A stretch of DNA of 60,218 nt from a virus (taxonomy: Duplodnaviria; Caudoviricetes). Position 1 is the first letter of the stretch. The number at the start of each line of letters is the position of its first letter. The stretch spans positions 1-60,218 of the IMG/VR virus record IMGVR_UViG_3300036985_003389; one strand, given 5' to 3'. Positions 1 to 8,769 of this stretch are shown piece after piece. The notes beneath the pieces are model-generated. The model did not search any database, was not told the origin of the DNA, and was given only the letters and a program-made list of their open reading frames with translations. The translations under genes were made by a program, and so were the position numbers.

Positions 1-2
1 CA

Positions 3-2051
3 TTCGGTCGAGTGGCGAGTTGGCTTGCATCGACGGAACACGATCCGAGTGCATGGGAGGCGGTGTTTTACGATGCCATCAACAACTTCGAGTTTTTGCC
101 GGCTGGTCGTATTCTTGCCGGCGCCGGAACTGGTCGAGACGTGACATGCGTCAACTGTTTCGTCATGGGGCGCATCGACGACTCGCTCGAGGGCATCATG
201 ACGGCCCTGCGAGACTCGGCGCTGACCCTGAAGCAGGGCGGCGGCATCGGCATGGATTTCTCGACACTGCGACCGCGCGGCGCAATTGTCCGTGGCGTCG
301 ATAGCGTGTCGTCCGGCGCCGTATCGTTCATGGGCCTCTGGGACTCCATGTGCAGCACGATCATGTCCGCAGGCGCAAGGCGCGGGGCCATGATGAGCTG
401 TTTGCGCTGCGATCACCCAGACATCGAGGAATTCATCGCGGCCAAGAGCGCTAAAGGCCGATTGACGAATTTCAACTTATCGGTCCTCGTGACCGATGCG
501 TTCATGCGTGCGGTCGCCGCCGATGATCCATGGCCACTCATCTTCGATGGCGTCACGTATCGAACCGTCGATGCCAAGAAATTGTGGGCGGAAATCACCG
601 AGCTGACATATGAGCACGCTGAGCCGGGCGTGATCTTCATCGACACGATCAACAGGGCAAATCCGCTCAGCCGCGCGGAGACGATCTACGCCACGAATCC
701 ATGCGGTGAGCAATGTCTGCCCCCATACGGGGCCTGCATTCTCGGGTCGATCAATCTCGCCCGTTTGGTGCGTCAGCCGTTTTCGGCCGGCGCCGTGATT
801 GACATGGATCGGCTCGAGCATCTCGCTGCGGTAGCCGTCCGCATGCTCGACAACGTCAATGATCTCTCGAACTACCCGCTACCGCAGCAGCAGGCCGAAG
901 CAGTCGCCAAGCGCCGCATCGGCATAGGCATCACAGGCCTTGGCAATGCCCTGATCATGCTCGGTCAGCGTTACGGCTCATCGAGCGCAGTCAAGACAGT
1001 TTCTCTGATCTGTTCCGCGATCGAAGGCAGCGCCGTGAGGGCATCGGAGGCGATCGGCCTGGAGAAGGGCAGTTTCCGGTTATTCGATGAGAGCGACTAT
1101 GGCAACGGGCTGAAGGCCCGCCGTAACAGTCACCTGACCAGCATCGCGCCGACGGGCACGATCTCGCTGCTGGCTGGTAACGTGTCGGGCGGCATCGAAC
1201 CAATCTTCGCGTTCACCGGCAGCCGTCGAGTGCTCAATGCCGACGGCTCCCATAGGATCGAGCGCACTGAAGATTACGCCTATCGGCTCGCACAGCACCT
1301 CGGAATGCCGACGACAGGCCCGGCATGGGTTACCGCCGATGATCTGACAGTCGATGACCATCTGGGCATGATGGCTGCGGCACAGGTCTACATCGACAGC
1401 GCGATTTCGAAGACGGTCAACTGCCCAACCGACATGACGCTACAGGCCTTCCAGGACGTGTACCGGCGCGCCCATGCCATGGGCCTGAAGGGGTGCGCCA
1501 CGTATCGGCCATCCGAAACCCGGGGCGCCGTGCTGATGCGCGATGAACCAGAACCAGCGCCGAGCAACGTGGTGCAGATCGGCGAGCCGCTGATCAGGCC
1601 GGAAGTGCTTCACGGCACGACGTACAAGGTCAAGGTAGGCGAACACGCGCTGTACGTGACCGTCAACGACGTCGACATCGGCGGCCGGTGCCGTCCCTTC
1701 GAGCTGTTCCTGTCGTCCAAGGAAGTGGATGGCTATCCCTGGCGAGTGGCTCTATCGCGCATGATCTCGGCGATATTCCGCAAGGGCGGTGACGTGTCGT
1801 TCGTGGCCGACGAGCTGAAAGCGGTCTTCGACCCACGTGGCGGCTGGTGGCATGACGGCCGGCTCATACCCAGTCAGCCCGCAGCGATCGGCGGCATGAT
1901 CGAGCGCCACATGGCAAGCCTTGGCCTATCCACCGCCAGCGACAACTCAGAACCGGTGAAACACCGCCATTGCCCGAGATGCCAAACTGGCGCGCTCGTC
2001 TTTCGCGAGGGCTGTCAGTCCTGCGATTCCTGCGACTACACGAAGTGCTGA
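3..2051 (+). CDS. nrdJ: Adenosylcobalamin-dependent (class II) ribonucleotide reductase with C-terminal TSCPD-like/Zn-ribbon region; 5'-truncated by the window edge
   Basis: Motifs NCFV, GGGIG, ATNPCGEQ, CILGSINL, RRIGIGITG, SIAPTGTIS, SAISKTVN, KGCATYR and C-terminal CPRC..CDSC. The frame is open to the window start (FGRVASWLA). Confidence 0.93.
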   Translation, partial: FGRVASWLASTEHDPSAWEAVFYDAINNFEFLPAGRILAGAGTGRDVTCVNCFVMGRIDDSLEGIMTALRDSALTLKQGGGIGMDFSTLRPRGAIVRGVDSVSSGAVSFMGLWDSMCSTIMSAGARRGAMMSCLRCDHPDIEEFIAAKSAKGRLTNFNLSVLVTDAFMRAVAADDPWPLIFDGVTYRTVDAKKLWAEITELTYEHAEPGVIFIDTINRANPLSRAETIYATNPCGEQCLPPYGACILGSINLARLVRQPFSAGAVIDMDRLEHLAAVAVRMLDNVNDLSNYPLPQQQAEAVAKRRIGIGITGLGNALIMLGQRYGSSSAVKTVSLICSAIEGSAVRASEAIGLEKGSFRLFDESDYGNGLKARRNSHLTSIAPTGTISLLAGNVSGGIEPIFAFTGSRRVLNADGSHRIERTEDYAYRLAQHLGMPTTGPAWVTADDLTVDDHLGMMAAAQVYIDSAISKTVNCPTDMTLQAFQDVYRRAHAMGLKGCATYRPSETRGAVLMRDEPEPAPSNVVQIGEPLIRPEVLHGTTYKVKVGEHALYVTVNDVDIGGRCRPFELFLSSKEVDGYPWRVALSRMISAIFRKGGDVSFVADELKAVFDPRGGWWHDGRLIPSQPAAIGGMIERHMASLGLSTASDNSEPVKHRHCPRCQTGALVFREGCQSCDSCDYTKC

Positions 2052-2064
2052 GAGGAGATGTACC

Positions 2065-2490
2065 ATGTTCGATGACGATCACACAGATGACCATTCAGAC
2101 TTTGGCCAGTGCTTCGAGCATTGCTGTCCACGCAGTGCTACAGAAAAACTGATCGAGGCGCTTCGTGCAGAACACCCAGAGGCGGAAACGACAATTGTCA
2201 CTCGCCCATCGACGCGGCAACCACCGCCTGCACCCATTGTGCATAGTAGAATACCAACAGGGCCAAAAACAAAACTCATCAACGAGGTGTTGGACAGGTC
2301 CGGTGTCAGTCGTGATGAGCTGTTCGGACGGTCACGGCATCGCATTGTAACCGAGGTCCGGCAGTCGGCAATGTTTCAACTGCGAGAGCTTGGTTACAGT
2401 TATTCGTCGATTGGCCGGTTTCTAAATCGTGATCACACTACGATACTATCCGGCGTGCGCAGCTACATTATGCGGCACGGGACAGGCTGA
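2065..2490 (+). CDS. Phage protein with DnaA C-terminal-like helix-turn-helix domain
   Basis: C-terminal RQSAMFQLRELGYSYSSIGRFLNRDHTTILSGVR resembles Bac_DnaA_C (RDHTTV). GAGGAG RBS upstream. Confidence 0.8.
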   Translation: MFDDDHTDDHSDFGQCFEHCCPRSATEKLIEALRAEHPEAETTIVTRPSTRQPPPAPIVHSRIPTGPKTKLINEVLDRSGVSRDELFGRSRHRIVTEVRQSAMFQLRELGYSYSSIGRFLNRDHTTILSGVRSYIMRHGTG

Positions 2491-2494
2491 ATAA

Positions 2495-2673
2495 CTCTCG
2501 GAGCAGGTTGGTGGCTCTCTGAACCCGACGTGGGTCGAGTGGCTGATGGGGGTCCCTCTCGGGTGGACCGACTTAGATGTCTCGGAAACAGCGTCGTCCC
2601 ACAATGTGTCGAGTTTGTTGCCGGATCAGTCATGACTGTTGTTGCTGGAGAAAACCGTGTCCCACCGGCATGA
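2495..2673 (+). pseudogene. Remnant 3' end of a dual-frame phage C5-cytosine methyltransferase
   Basis: Frame 1 reads WWLSEPDVGRVADGGPSRVDRLRCLGNSVVPQ (motif X, GNxV). Frame 2 reads LSEQVGGSLNPTWVEWLMGVPLGWTDL. Both are preceded by stops (TGA 2488-2490, TAA 2492-2494), and motifs I-VIII are absent. Confidence 0.75.
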
Positions 2674-2995
2674 ATTTTCGAAGCTCGTGCGCATCGCCGC
2701 ATTCGATCGGTCTGGCGGCCGGTGTGAGTGTGGCTGCCGACTGATTATCATCGGAACGCCTCATTACGATCACCACCCTGTCCCGGCCGCGATCGGCGGG
2801 TCTGGAGCGCTCGACAACTGCCGCGTCCTGGACCCGAAACACCATCGCCAGATCACGGCAGAGAAAGACGTTCCGGCCATCGCCAAGAGCACGCGCGTCT
2901 ACGAGAAGCGCATCGGTGCTCGTGTGACGCGGGGCACCTTTTGCAAGGCACCGGCTGGCTATGATCCGTGGTCGCGGAAGATGAAGGGCACATGA
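2657..2995 (+). CDS. HNH-type endonuclease
   Basis: RSGGRCECGC...YDHHPVP..IGGS..LDNCRVL..KHH pattern. GTG at 2657 follows GGAGA (ORF track starts at 2639). Confidence 0.75.
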   Translation: MSHRHEFSKLVRIAAFDRSGGRCECGCRLIIIGTPHYDHHPVPAAIGGSGALDNCRVLDPKHHRQITAEKDVPAIAKSTRVYEKRIGARVTRGTFCKAPAGYDPWSRKMKGT

Positions 2996-3342
2996 CTACT
3001 ATGCCGCATCTCATGCGACTGTCCGAAGCCGCGGCGAAGCTTGGGGTGAAGGTCTCGAGCCTTCGCACCGAGATACGTCGTGGCCGGTTGCGGCCGGTCG
3101 AGATCGCGGGCAAGTTCTACCTCACGCACGACTCGCTGGGGGAGATGATCGAGGCATGCCGCGCAAAAGCAAGGGGCCACGACTCTACCTCCGGCAATCC
3201 AGAAGCAGCGGCAACTGGTGGGTCATCCTCGACGGCAAATCCGAGCGTGGCACAGGATGCCGCGAACCTGACCTTGGCCAAGCTGAAAGAGAGCTTGCGC
3301 GCTACATCGCCGAAAAGTACCAGCCGGCGCGACGTGCCGTAG
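2992..3342 (+). CDS. Excisionase-like HTH protein
   Basis: LMRLSEAAAKLGVKVSSLRTEIRRGRL..IAGKFY is an Xis/MerR-type wHTH. It overlaps the integrase start, as is typical of xis-int pairs. Confidence 0.75.
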   Translation: MTTMPHLMRLSEAAAKLGVKVSSLRTEIRRGRLRPVEIAGKFYLTHDSLGEMIEACRAKARGHDSTSGNPEAAATGGSSSTANPSVAQDAANLTLAKLKESLRATSPKSTSRRDVP

Positions 3343-3482
3343 ATAGGCTCGATCAAATCCTGATCGCGGATGTGGTCAACATTTACCTGAAGGAGCGCGC
3401 ACCGCACACGGCCAATCCGAGCTTCATCGCGGCCACGGCCGAGCCCATCCTGACGTGGTGGGGCACGAAGGCCCTGTCAGAC
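3156..3482 (+). pseudogene. Tyrosine integrase, N-terminal ~109 codons only; truncated by IS21
   Basis: MPRKSKGPRLYLR..WVILDG..RGTGC..AERELARYIAEKY resembles alphaproteobacterial phage integrase N-termini. The sequence switches to the IS terminal repeat at 3483, and no catalytic domain resumes after the IS. Confidence 0.75.
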
Positions 3483-3580
3483 TGCCCGCACCGGTGCATC
3501 CCGATCAGTCGTTCCGATTGATTCCGATCGCAGTTTCCGATCGATCCCGATCACCCATTCCGGGCGATCCCGATCAGGGT
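3483..3580 (+). repeat. IS21 left end with tandem ~23-bp transposase-binding repeats
   Basis: ccgatcagtcgttccgattgatt / ccgatcgcagtttccgatcgatc / ccgatcacccattccgggcgatc / ccgatcaggg. Inverted counterparts lie at ~6453-6501. Confidence 0.85.
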
Positions 3581-3667
3581 CACGAGCCTGTGGAATGAAG
3601 TGATTTCGTCGTTGGGTGATCTGCGAATCGGCATCGCCTCGCCTCCCTTTGCAACAGGGAGCGGGAC

Positions 3668-5203
3668 ATGCCCACAGCGAGATTACCCATGCGCAAACTT
3701 CGCGAGGTGCTGCGGCTGCAGGCGTCCGGGCTGCCGAGCCGGCAGATCGGCGCGAGCCTCGGCATCGGCCAGAGCACGATCATCGATTATCTGGGCCGTG
3801 CGCGGCGTGCCGGCCTCGCTTGGCCGCTGCCCGATGAGGTGAGCGACGAGGCACTGGAAGCCCGCCTGTTCCCGCCGCCGCTGGCGATCGGCAAGGAGCA
3901 GCGCCCGAAGCCCGATTGGGCAGCCATCCATCGCGAGCTGAAGCGGCCCGGCGTGACGCTGCAGCTGATCTGGGAGGAGCACCGTGCGGTCCATCCCAGC
4001 AGCTACGGCTACAGCCGCTTTTGCGAGCTGTATCAGGACTGGCGCAAGCGCCTGTCGCCAACGATGCGGCAGACGCACACGGCTGGCGACAAGCTGTTCG
4101 TCGACTACGCCGGCACCACGATCGACATCTTCGACGGCCTGACCGGCGAGGTGCGCAGCTGCCAGCTGTTCGTCGCGGCGCTCGGGGCCTCCAGCTACAC
4201 CTACGCCGAGGCCACCTGGACGCAGACGCTACCCGACTGGATCGGTGCCCACGTCCGGACCTTCGACTTCCTCGGTGGCGTCGCAGCGTTGACGGTGTCC
4301 GACAACCTGAAGTCCGGCATCACCAAGGCGTGCTTTTACGAGCCGGCCGTCAACCGCTCTTACGCCGAGATGGCCGCACATTACGAAACGGCGATCCTGC
4401 CGGCGCGCCCCTACAAACCGCGCGACAAGGCCAAGGTCGAGGTGGCCGTGCTGCTGGCGACGCGCTGGATCATCGCCAAGCTCAGGAACATGAAGTTCTT
4501 CTCGCTGGCCGAGCTGAACGCCGCGATCCGTGACTGCGTAACGGACCTGAACTCCCGCACGTCACGGCATCTGGGCGCCAGCCGTCTGGCCTTGTTCGAG
4601 CAGCTGGATCGCCCCGCCCTCAAAGCCCTGCCGGCGGAGGCCTACGTCTTCGCCGAATGGAAGGAGTGCCGCGTCGGGCTCGATTATCACGTCGAGGTCG
4701 GCAAGCATTACTACTCGGTGCCGTTCACGCTGCTGCGCGAGAAGTTGTGGGCCCGCAGCACGGCCCGGACCGTCGAGCTGTTCCATCGGGGCAAGCGGGT
4801 TGCGGCCCACGTGCGCTCGTCCTCGAACAGGAAGCCGACGACGGTTGGCGAGCACATGCCGTCCAGCCACCGGCGCTATGCGGAGTGGACACCCGAGCGC
4901 TTGAAGAGGCGAGCCGGCGAGATCGGACCCAGCACGGCCACCTTGGTCGAAGTCATCATCGCCGCGCGTACGCATCCCGAGCAGGGCTTCCGCTCGTCGA
5001 TCGGCATCATCGGGCTCGCCAAGCGCTATGGCCCGGAACGGCTGGAGGCCGCCTGCCTCCGCGCGCTCGAGATCGGCGCCCGCTCCTACACGAGCGTCGC
5101 CTCCATCCTGAAGAACAACCTGGATCGCACTCGGCCCGAACCCGCCACGGACGGGCCGGCGATAACGCACACCAACATCCGTGGCTCCACCTACTTCCAC
5201 TGA
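3668..5203 (+). CDS. istA: IS21 transposase IstA
   Basis: N-terminal HTH, YGYSRFCELY, FVDYAG, SDNLKSG, PRDKAKVE (DDE) and HYYSVP. Confidence 0.96.
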   Translation: MPTARLPMRKLREVLRLQASGLPSRQIGASLGIGQSTIIDYLGRARRAGLAWPLPDEVSDEALEARLFPPPLAIGKEQRPKPDWAAIHRELKRPGVTLQLIWEEHRAVHPSSYGYSRFCELYQDWRKRLSPTMRQTHTAGDKLFVDYAGTTIDIFDGLTGEVRSCQLFVAALGASSYTYAEATWTQTLPDWIGAHVRTFDFLGGVAALTVSDNLKSGITKACFYEPAVNRSYAEMAAHYETAILPARPYKPRDKAKVEVAVLLATRWIIAKLRNMKFFSLAELNAAIRDCVTDLNSRTSRHLGASRLALFEQLDRPALKALPAEAYVFAEWKECRVGLDYHVEVGKHYYSVPFTLLREKLWARSTARTVELFHRGKRVAAHVRSSSNRKPTTVGEHMPSSHRRYAEWTPERLKRRAGEIGPSTATLVEVIIAARTHPEQGFRSSIGIIGLAKRYGPERLEAACLRALEIGARSYTSVASILKNNLDRTRPEPATDGPAITHTNIRGSTYFH

Positions 5204-5216
5204 GGAGAAGACCAGC

Positions 5217-6044
5217 ATGCTCACCCACCCGACCATCGACCAGCTGCGCGAACTGAAGCTCGACGGCATGGCCGACGCCTTTGCCGAGCTGCAACAGCAG
5301 GACGCCGCGCGCGATCTCGGCCACGCCGAATGGCTGGCGCTCCTGCTCGACCGGGAGGCGGCCAGCCGCAACACCAAGCGCTTCCAGAGTCGGCTCAAGG
5401 CTGCCCATCTGCGTCACGGCCAGGCCTCGGTCGAAGACGTCGACTATCGAACGCCCCGCCGTCTCGACAAGGCGCTGTTCCAGCAGCTGGCCACCGGCCG
5501 CTGGATCGCCGAGCACCGCTCGCTGTTGCTCACCGGGCCGTGCGGCGTCGGCAAGTCATGGCTCAGCTGCGCGCTGGCGCAGAAAGCCTGCCGCGACGGC
5601 TACAGCGTGCATTACGCCCGCGTGCCGCGGCTCTTCGCCGATCTGGAGTTGGCGCACGGGGATGGCCGCTTCGCCAAGCTGTTCCGGACGCTGACCAAGG
5701 TCGATCTGCTGATCCTCGACGACTGGGGGCCGGACCGGCTGTCGGCGAACCAGCGGCGCGACCTCATGGAGATCGTCGAGGACCGCTACGGCCGAGGCTC
5801 GGTGCTGATCACCAGCCAGCTGCCGATCGAGACCTGGCACGAGGTGATCGGCGAGCCGACCTTCGCCGACGCCATCCTCGACCGCCTCGTGCACAACGCC
5901 TACCGCCTCGCCCTCGATGGCGCGTCGATGCGCAAGATCAAGGCCGGTGAGGCGGAGATCACGGGTGAACCGGCGGCGGCGCCAGAGCCGGACAGCGCCA
6001 CCACGACCGCCTCGTCGAAAGCAACGAAGGGGAGCAAGCGATGA
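5217..6044 (+). CDS. istB: IS21 helper ATPase IstB
   Basis: Walker A GPCGVGKS, Walker B LLILDDWG, ITSQLP and AILDRLVH. ATG 5217 follows GAGGAG. Confidence 0.96.
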   Translation: MLTHPTIDQLRELKLDGMADAFAELQQQDAARDLGHAEWLALLLDREAASRNTKRFQSRLKAAHLRHGQASVEDVDYRTPRRLDKALFQQLATGRWIAEHRSLLLTGPCGVGKSWLSCALAQKACRDGYSVHYARVPRLFADLELAHGDGRFAKLFRTLTKVDLLILDDWGPDRLSANQRRDLMEIVEDRYGRGSVLITSQLPIETWHEVIGEPTFADAILDRLVHNAYRLALDGASMRKIKAGEAEITGEPAAAPEPDSATTTASSKATKGSKR

Positions 6045-6397
6045 GCGATCGCATCCCGCCCGCCCCCATGCGCCAACAGGGCCCTCCCACGCGCGTCGCT
6101 GCGTCAGACTCGCGGCGGTCACTCCGCGACGCGCGCGGGTCCCTCCCATTGACGCCCGGGGACGGCCTCCCGCAACGGCAGAGCCGCGACGACGTCAGGA
6201 TCCGTGTCGACGCCGCGAGCTGGCAGCAGGGCTACGACGCCGGCCTGTCGGGCGTGCCGTCCTGGCTGGGCCGAAGAAACCTCGCCGCCGAGATCGACGG
6301 TTGGTCGTGGATATCGGGCTACATCGAGGGCGAGGCTGCGCGACTCATGCGTGGCGCGCAGGGCACAAGCAAGCTTGACGCGAATCGCGAATACTGA
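6041..6397 (+). CDS. IS21 passenger ORF, possible Rmf/CrpP-fold small protein
   Basis: ATGA overlap with istB and lies inside the right IR. WQQGYDAGLSG...WSWISGYIEG resembles the RMF GYxAG...WLxGW pattern. Confidence 0.5.
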   Translation: MSDRIPPAPMRQQGPPTRVAASDSRRSLRDARGSLPLTPGDGLPQRQSRDDVRIRVDAASWQQGYDAGLSGVPSWLGRRNLAAEIDGWSWISGYIEGEAARLMRGAQGTSKLDANREY

Positions 6398-6508
6398 GAT
6401 CAGCCAACCCACCCGACGGCGCCGTCACAGACCGGCCCACACGCTCGCGACACCTGATCGCGATCCGTCGGAACACCCGATCGAGATCGCCGGAATGGGC
6501 AAACAACA

Positions 6509-6566
6509 GTAGAACGTCAGCTTCCCAAGCTGAATGTCGTCGGTTCAATCCCGATCGCCCGCTCCA
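6509..6566 (+). other. 3' part of tRNA-Gly(CCC); putative attachment-site core (attP)
   Basis: GTAGAAG-like D-arm remnant (gtagaacg), anticodon arm tcagc-ttCCCaa-gctga, T-arm gtcgg-ttcaatc-ccgat and acceptor 3' strand cgcccgc-t-CCA. The 5' acceptor strand is missing. Confidence 0.88.
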
Positions 6567-6649
6567 ACGTTTTCAAAGACTTAGCTAAAACTGCTCTGTT
6601 TGAGCGGCAGAAAAAGGCTCAAAAAAGGCTCAGACCAGGCCATCCACGC

Positions 6650-7285
6650 CTACTCAACGGCTACCGGAACCGACTGCGAGTGGTTGGAGTAGGTTTTCCA
6701 CTTTGGGTGGTAATCGGCTGCCGCCTCGTTCCCCCAGGTTGACCAATTCTTGCGGATGCCCCGAGCGAACAGTTCGATGTACGGGCCGGTCGAGCAAGCC
6801 TCGATGATGGGGTACTGCTCGTCGGGTTTGCGGCTGTGCTCGCGCTTCCTGGTCTGGATCATGTTGACCTGGCGGCGACCGGCTTCGCGGGTTCGTGCGT
6901 TTTTCCCACGCACACCGAATAATATAAGCTCGCTGACATTGCGAAAGTAGAAGCCAACGCCGCGACCGTCTGATCCGCCGTCTTTGCGGATTTTATGCCA
7001 AACAATGTTCGACTTGTACTCGAAGCCCCATGCCTGAAGTGTTTGAATTCCTTGGGGTAGTAGCGCGTTCGGGACCCATAGGTACAAGTGCGCTGTCGGC
7101 GCAGCGATTTGGTGCACGGGAATGCTGGAGATATCTTCGAAGGACAGGGTGTCGTACCGAGACAGTCGCTTGTGTTCTGGCGCCATCTTGCCGGTGCGGT
7201 TTTGGAACCGCCATGGTGGGTCAGCCAGGATGGTGCCGAAGCGGCGGTCTCCAACGAAAGAAATCAGTTCGTCAGTTGGATTCAT
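6650..7285 (-). CDS. MT-A70 family N6-adenine methyltransferase
   Basis: ILADPPW, HLYLWVP, AWGFEYK, HSRKP and IELFAR. The start overlaps the end of the REase gene. Confidence 0.92.
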   Translation of the reverse strand: MNPTDELISFVGDRRFGTILADPPWRFQNRTGKMAPEHKRLSRYDTLSFEDISSIPVHQIAAPTAHLYLWVPNALLPQGIQTLQAWGFEYKSNIVWHKIRKDGGSDGRGVGFYFRNVSELILFGVRGKNARTREAGRRQVNMIQTRKREHSRKPDEQYPIIEACSTGPYIELFARGIRKNWSTWGNEAAADYHPKWKTYSNHSQSVPVAVE

Positions 7286-7934
7286 CGCCGTCTTCCTCCA
7301 CGTCAACATCAACAGGTGCTTCGTCAGGGATAGGGTCTTCAACGTAGAGAGCACGGGTGATGCCAAAGATGAGGATCGGACAACCTCCCCCGCCACCACC
7401 TTCTATGCGGGGAACAAGCTTGTCGAGGTGAGTTGTTGAAGGACCGTAGGATTTTCCCCTGCCCATTGAATCGAAGATCGCCTGCAGGTGACTTGCTCTG
7501 CCTACAATGATTCCCACGCTGATGGCACGCAGGTCGAATAGCAGCCGGAAGTTGTTGAGGTCGCGGTCGTAGAATTCCGTTTTATTGTTCCACTCTACTT
7601 CCAGCGCGACGCTGTTCTTGTAGCAGTCGACCTTGTGGGTAGGGGTCTGTAGTTCCCTATCGTCAATCCGTATAGCGGTCTTGAATTGTTTCTCTACCCA
7701 TCCACGTTGCGTGAGCAGACTATCGAAGCGTGAGGCTACGAGCGACTTTCGGCCGCCCTTGCGATTGACCTCGCTGCGCATGAGCCGGAACTCGCGCAAT
7801 GCGAACTGGATGTCAGTCCATTCACTGGGCTGAGCAGTCGCGAGGACACCGGCCGCATTGCGCCATTCGTGGACCTCGTAGAGGGCCTGAATGTCATCGG
7901 GGATGAGGTGCTTTGTGCTCATGGACAGGACCAT
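7272..7934 (-). CDS. BglII/BstYI-family type II restriction endonuclease
   Basis: THKVDCYKNSVALEVEWNNK..YDRDLNNFRLL is a PD-(D/E)xK variant. It is coupled to the MTase. Alternative start at 7922. Confidence 0.85.
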   Translation of the reverse strand: MVLSMSTKHLIPDDIQALYEVHEWRNAAGVLATAQPSEWTDIQFALREFRLMRSEVNRKGGRKSLVASRFDSLLTQRGWVEKQFKTAIRIDDRELQTPTHKVDCYKNSVALEVEWNNKTEFYDRDLNNFRLLFDLRAISVGIIVGRASHLQAIFDSMGRGKSYGPSTTHLDKLVPRIEGGGGGGCPILIFGITRALYVEDPIPDEAPVDVDVEEDGDESN

Positions 7935-8047
7935 GAGTGCGAAAACGATTCGAGAGAAGGCGTGCTAGGCAGCTATTGCACAGGCAATTCGTGGATCGAG
8001 CCGCACGAAAATTGTGGATAAGCACACAGTCATGAGGGTCGGCAGCG

Positions 8048-8470
8048 TTATTCCCAGGTCGCCTTGGGTGGGGCCTTCGCTTTTGCCTTGGCGTCATGGC
8101 CAGACTTATCCTTGACTGGATCGACCGGACCAGCCGCAGCGGCCTGGCGTTCACGATACCACGCGAAGTGGGCGGCGGCGCATTTACGCTTAGCCTCGTC
8201 ACCCTTGGTCAGGATTGTCGCCGTCTCGTCAGCGGACTCGGTGGCTTTCAATGGCGTCGACAGGCACTTCACAACGGCCGGCGGAATATCAGGGAGCTTT
8301 GCCGGTGGGCTTGGCGGCGCTGCCACCACGACCGGTGCCGACGTCGCCTCTGGGGCCACCCCCGCCACTTCCCTGCCGGATAGCGTCGAGCACCCCGTCA
8401 GACAGACAACGAGGATCGCTGCCAGCCACGGGCCGCCGTTTCGATAGTTCGAATTCCAGATTGCGTACAT
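8048..8470 (-). CDS. Putative o-spanin (Rz1-like lipoprotein)
   Basis: Lipobox VCLTGC and Pro-rich body. It overlaps the 3' end of the upstream membrane/coiled-coil ORF after the endolysin. Confidence 0.65.
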   Translation of the reverse strand: MYAIWNSNYRNGGPWLAAILVVCLTGCSTLSGREVAGVAPEATSAPVVVAAPPSPPAKLPDIPPAVVKCLSTPLKATESADETATILTKGDEAKRKCAAAHFAWYRERQAAAAGPVDPVKDKSGHDAKAKAKAPPKATWE

Positions 8471-8765
8471 GCCCCTCGATCTCCTCTGTCACTCGTTGTG
8501 CGGCTGCTACTTCGTCCAGAGCCGTCCTGGCTCGTGCTCGTTCAGTGGCCAGCTCGTGCTCGACCTGGACGAGGCGGACCTCGCTCAGGCATTCCTTGCG
8601 CCCGCGCAGCACCTGCGCTGCTTCCTTGGCCGTTGATGCCTCGGCGCGGGCCTTCGTGTACTGGTGCCAGCCGGTGAGCAGCCCGATGACGAGCGCCGGC
8701 AACACCAGCGACTTCAGCCACGGGCCAGCCAGCTGCTCGGCGAGGTGTGCGAAGATCCTCATCAT
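8289..8765 (-). CDS. Putative i-spanin (Rz-like)
   Basis: N-terminal TM helix, coiled coil and C-terminal RCLSDGVLDAI. It lies directly downstream of the endolysin. Confidence 0.7.
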   Translation of the reverse strand: MMRIFAHLAEQLAGPWLKSLVLPALVIGLLTGWHQYTKARAEASTAKEAAQVLRGRKECLSEVRLVQVEHELATERARARTALDEVAAAQRVTEEIEGHVRNLEFELSKRRPVAGSDPRCLSDGVLDAIRQGSGGGGPRGDVGTGRGGSAAKPTGKAP

Positions 8766-8769
8766 GGGA

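Larger units (their letters stand above)
3483..6501 (+). mobile_element. IS21-family insertion sequence (~3.02 kb) with passenger ORF
   Basis: TG...CA ends. Left end tgcccgcaccggtgcatcccgatcag matches the reverse complement of the right end, tgcccattccggcgatctcgatcgg. It contains istA and istB and has no flanking target duplication (…gtcagac | aacaaca…). Confidence 0.92.

Noticed and set aside
3495-3580. CRISPR-like or iteron array of ccgatc repeats
   Set aside because: No unique spacers or cas genes. The repeats mirror the IS right end and are IS21 terminal repeats.
6509-6566. Functional tRNA-Gly gene
   Set aside because: The 5' acceptor strand and most of the D-arm are absent (IS end and aacaaca lie upstream), so it is treated as an att core.
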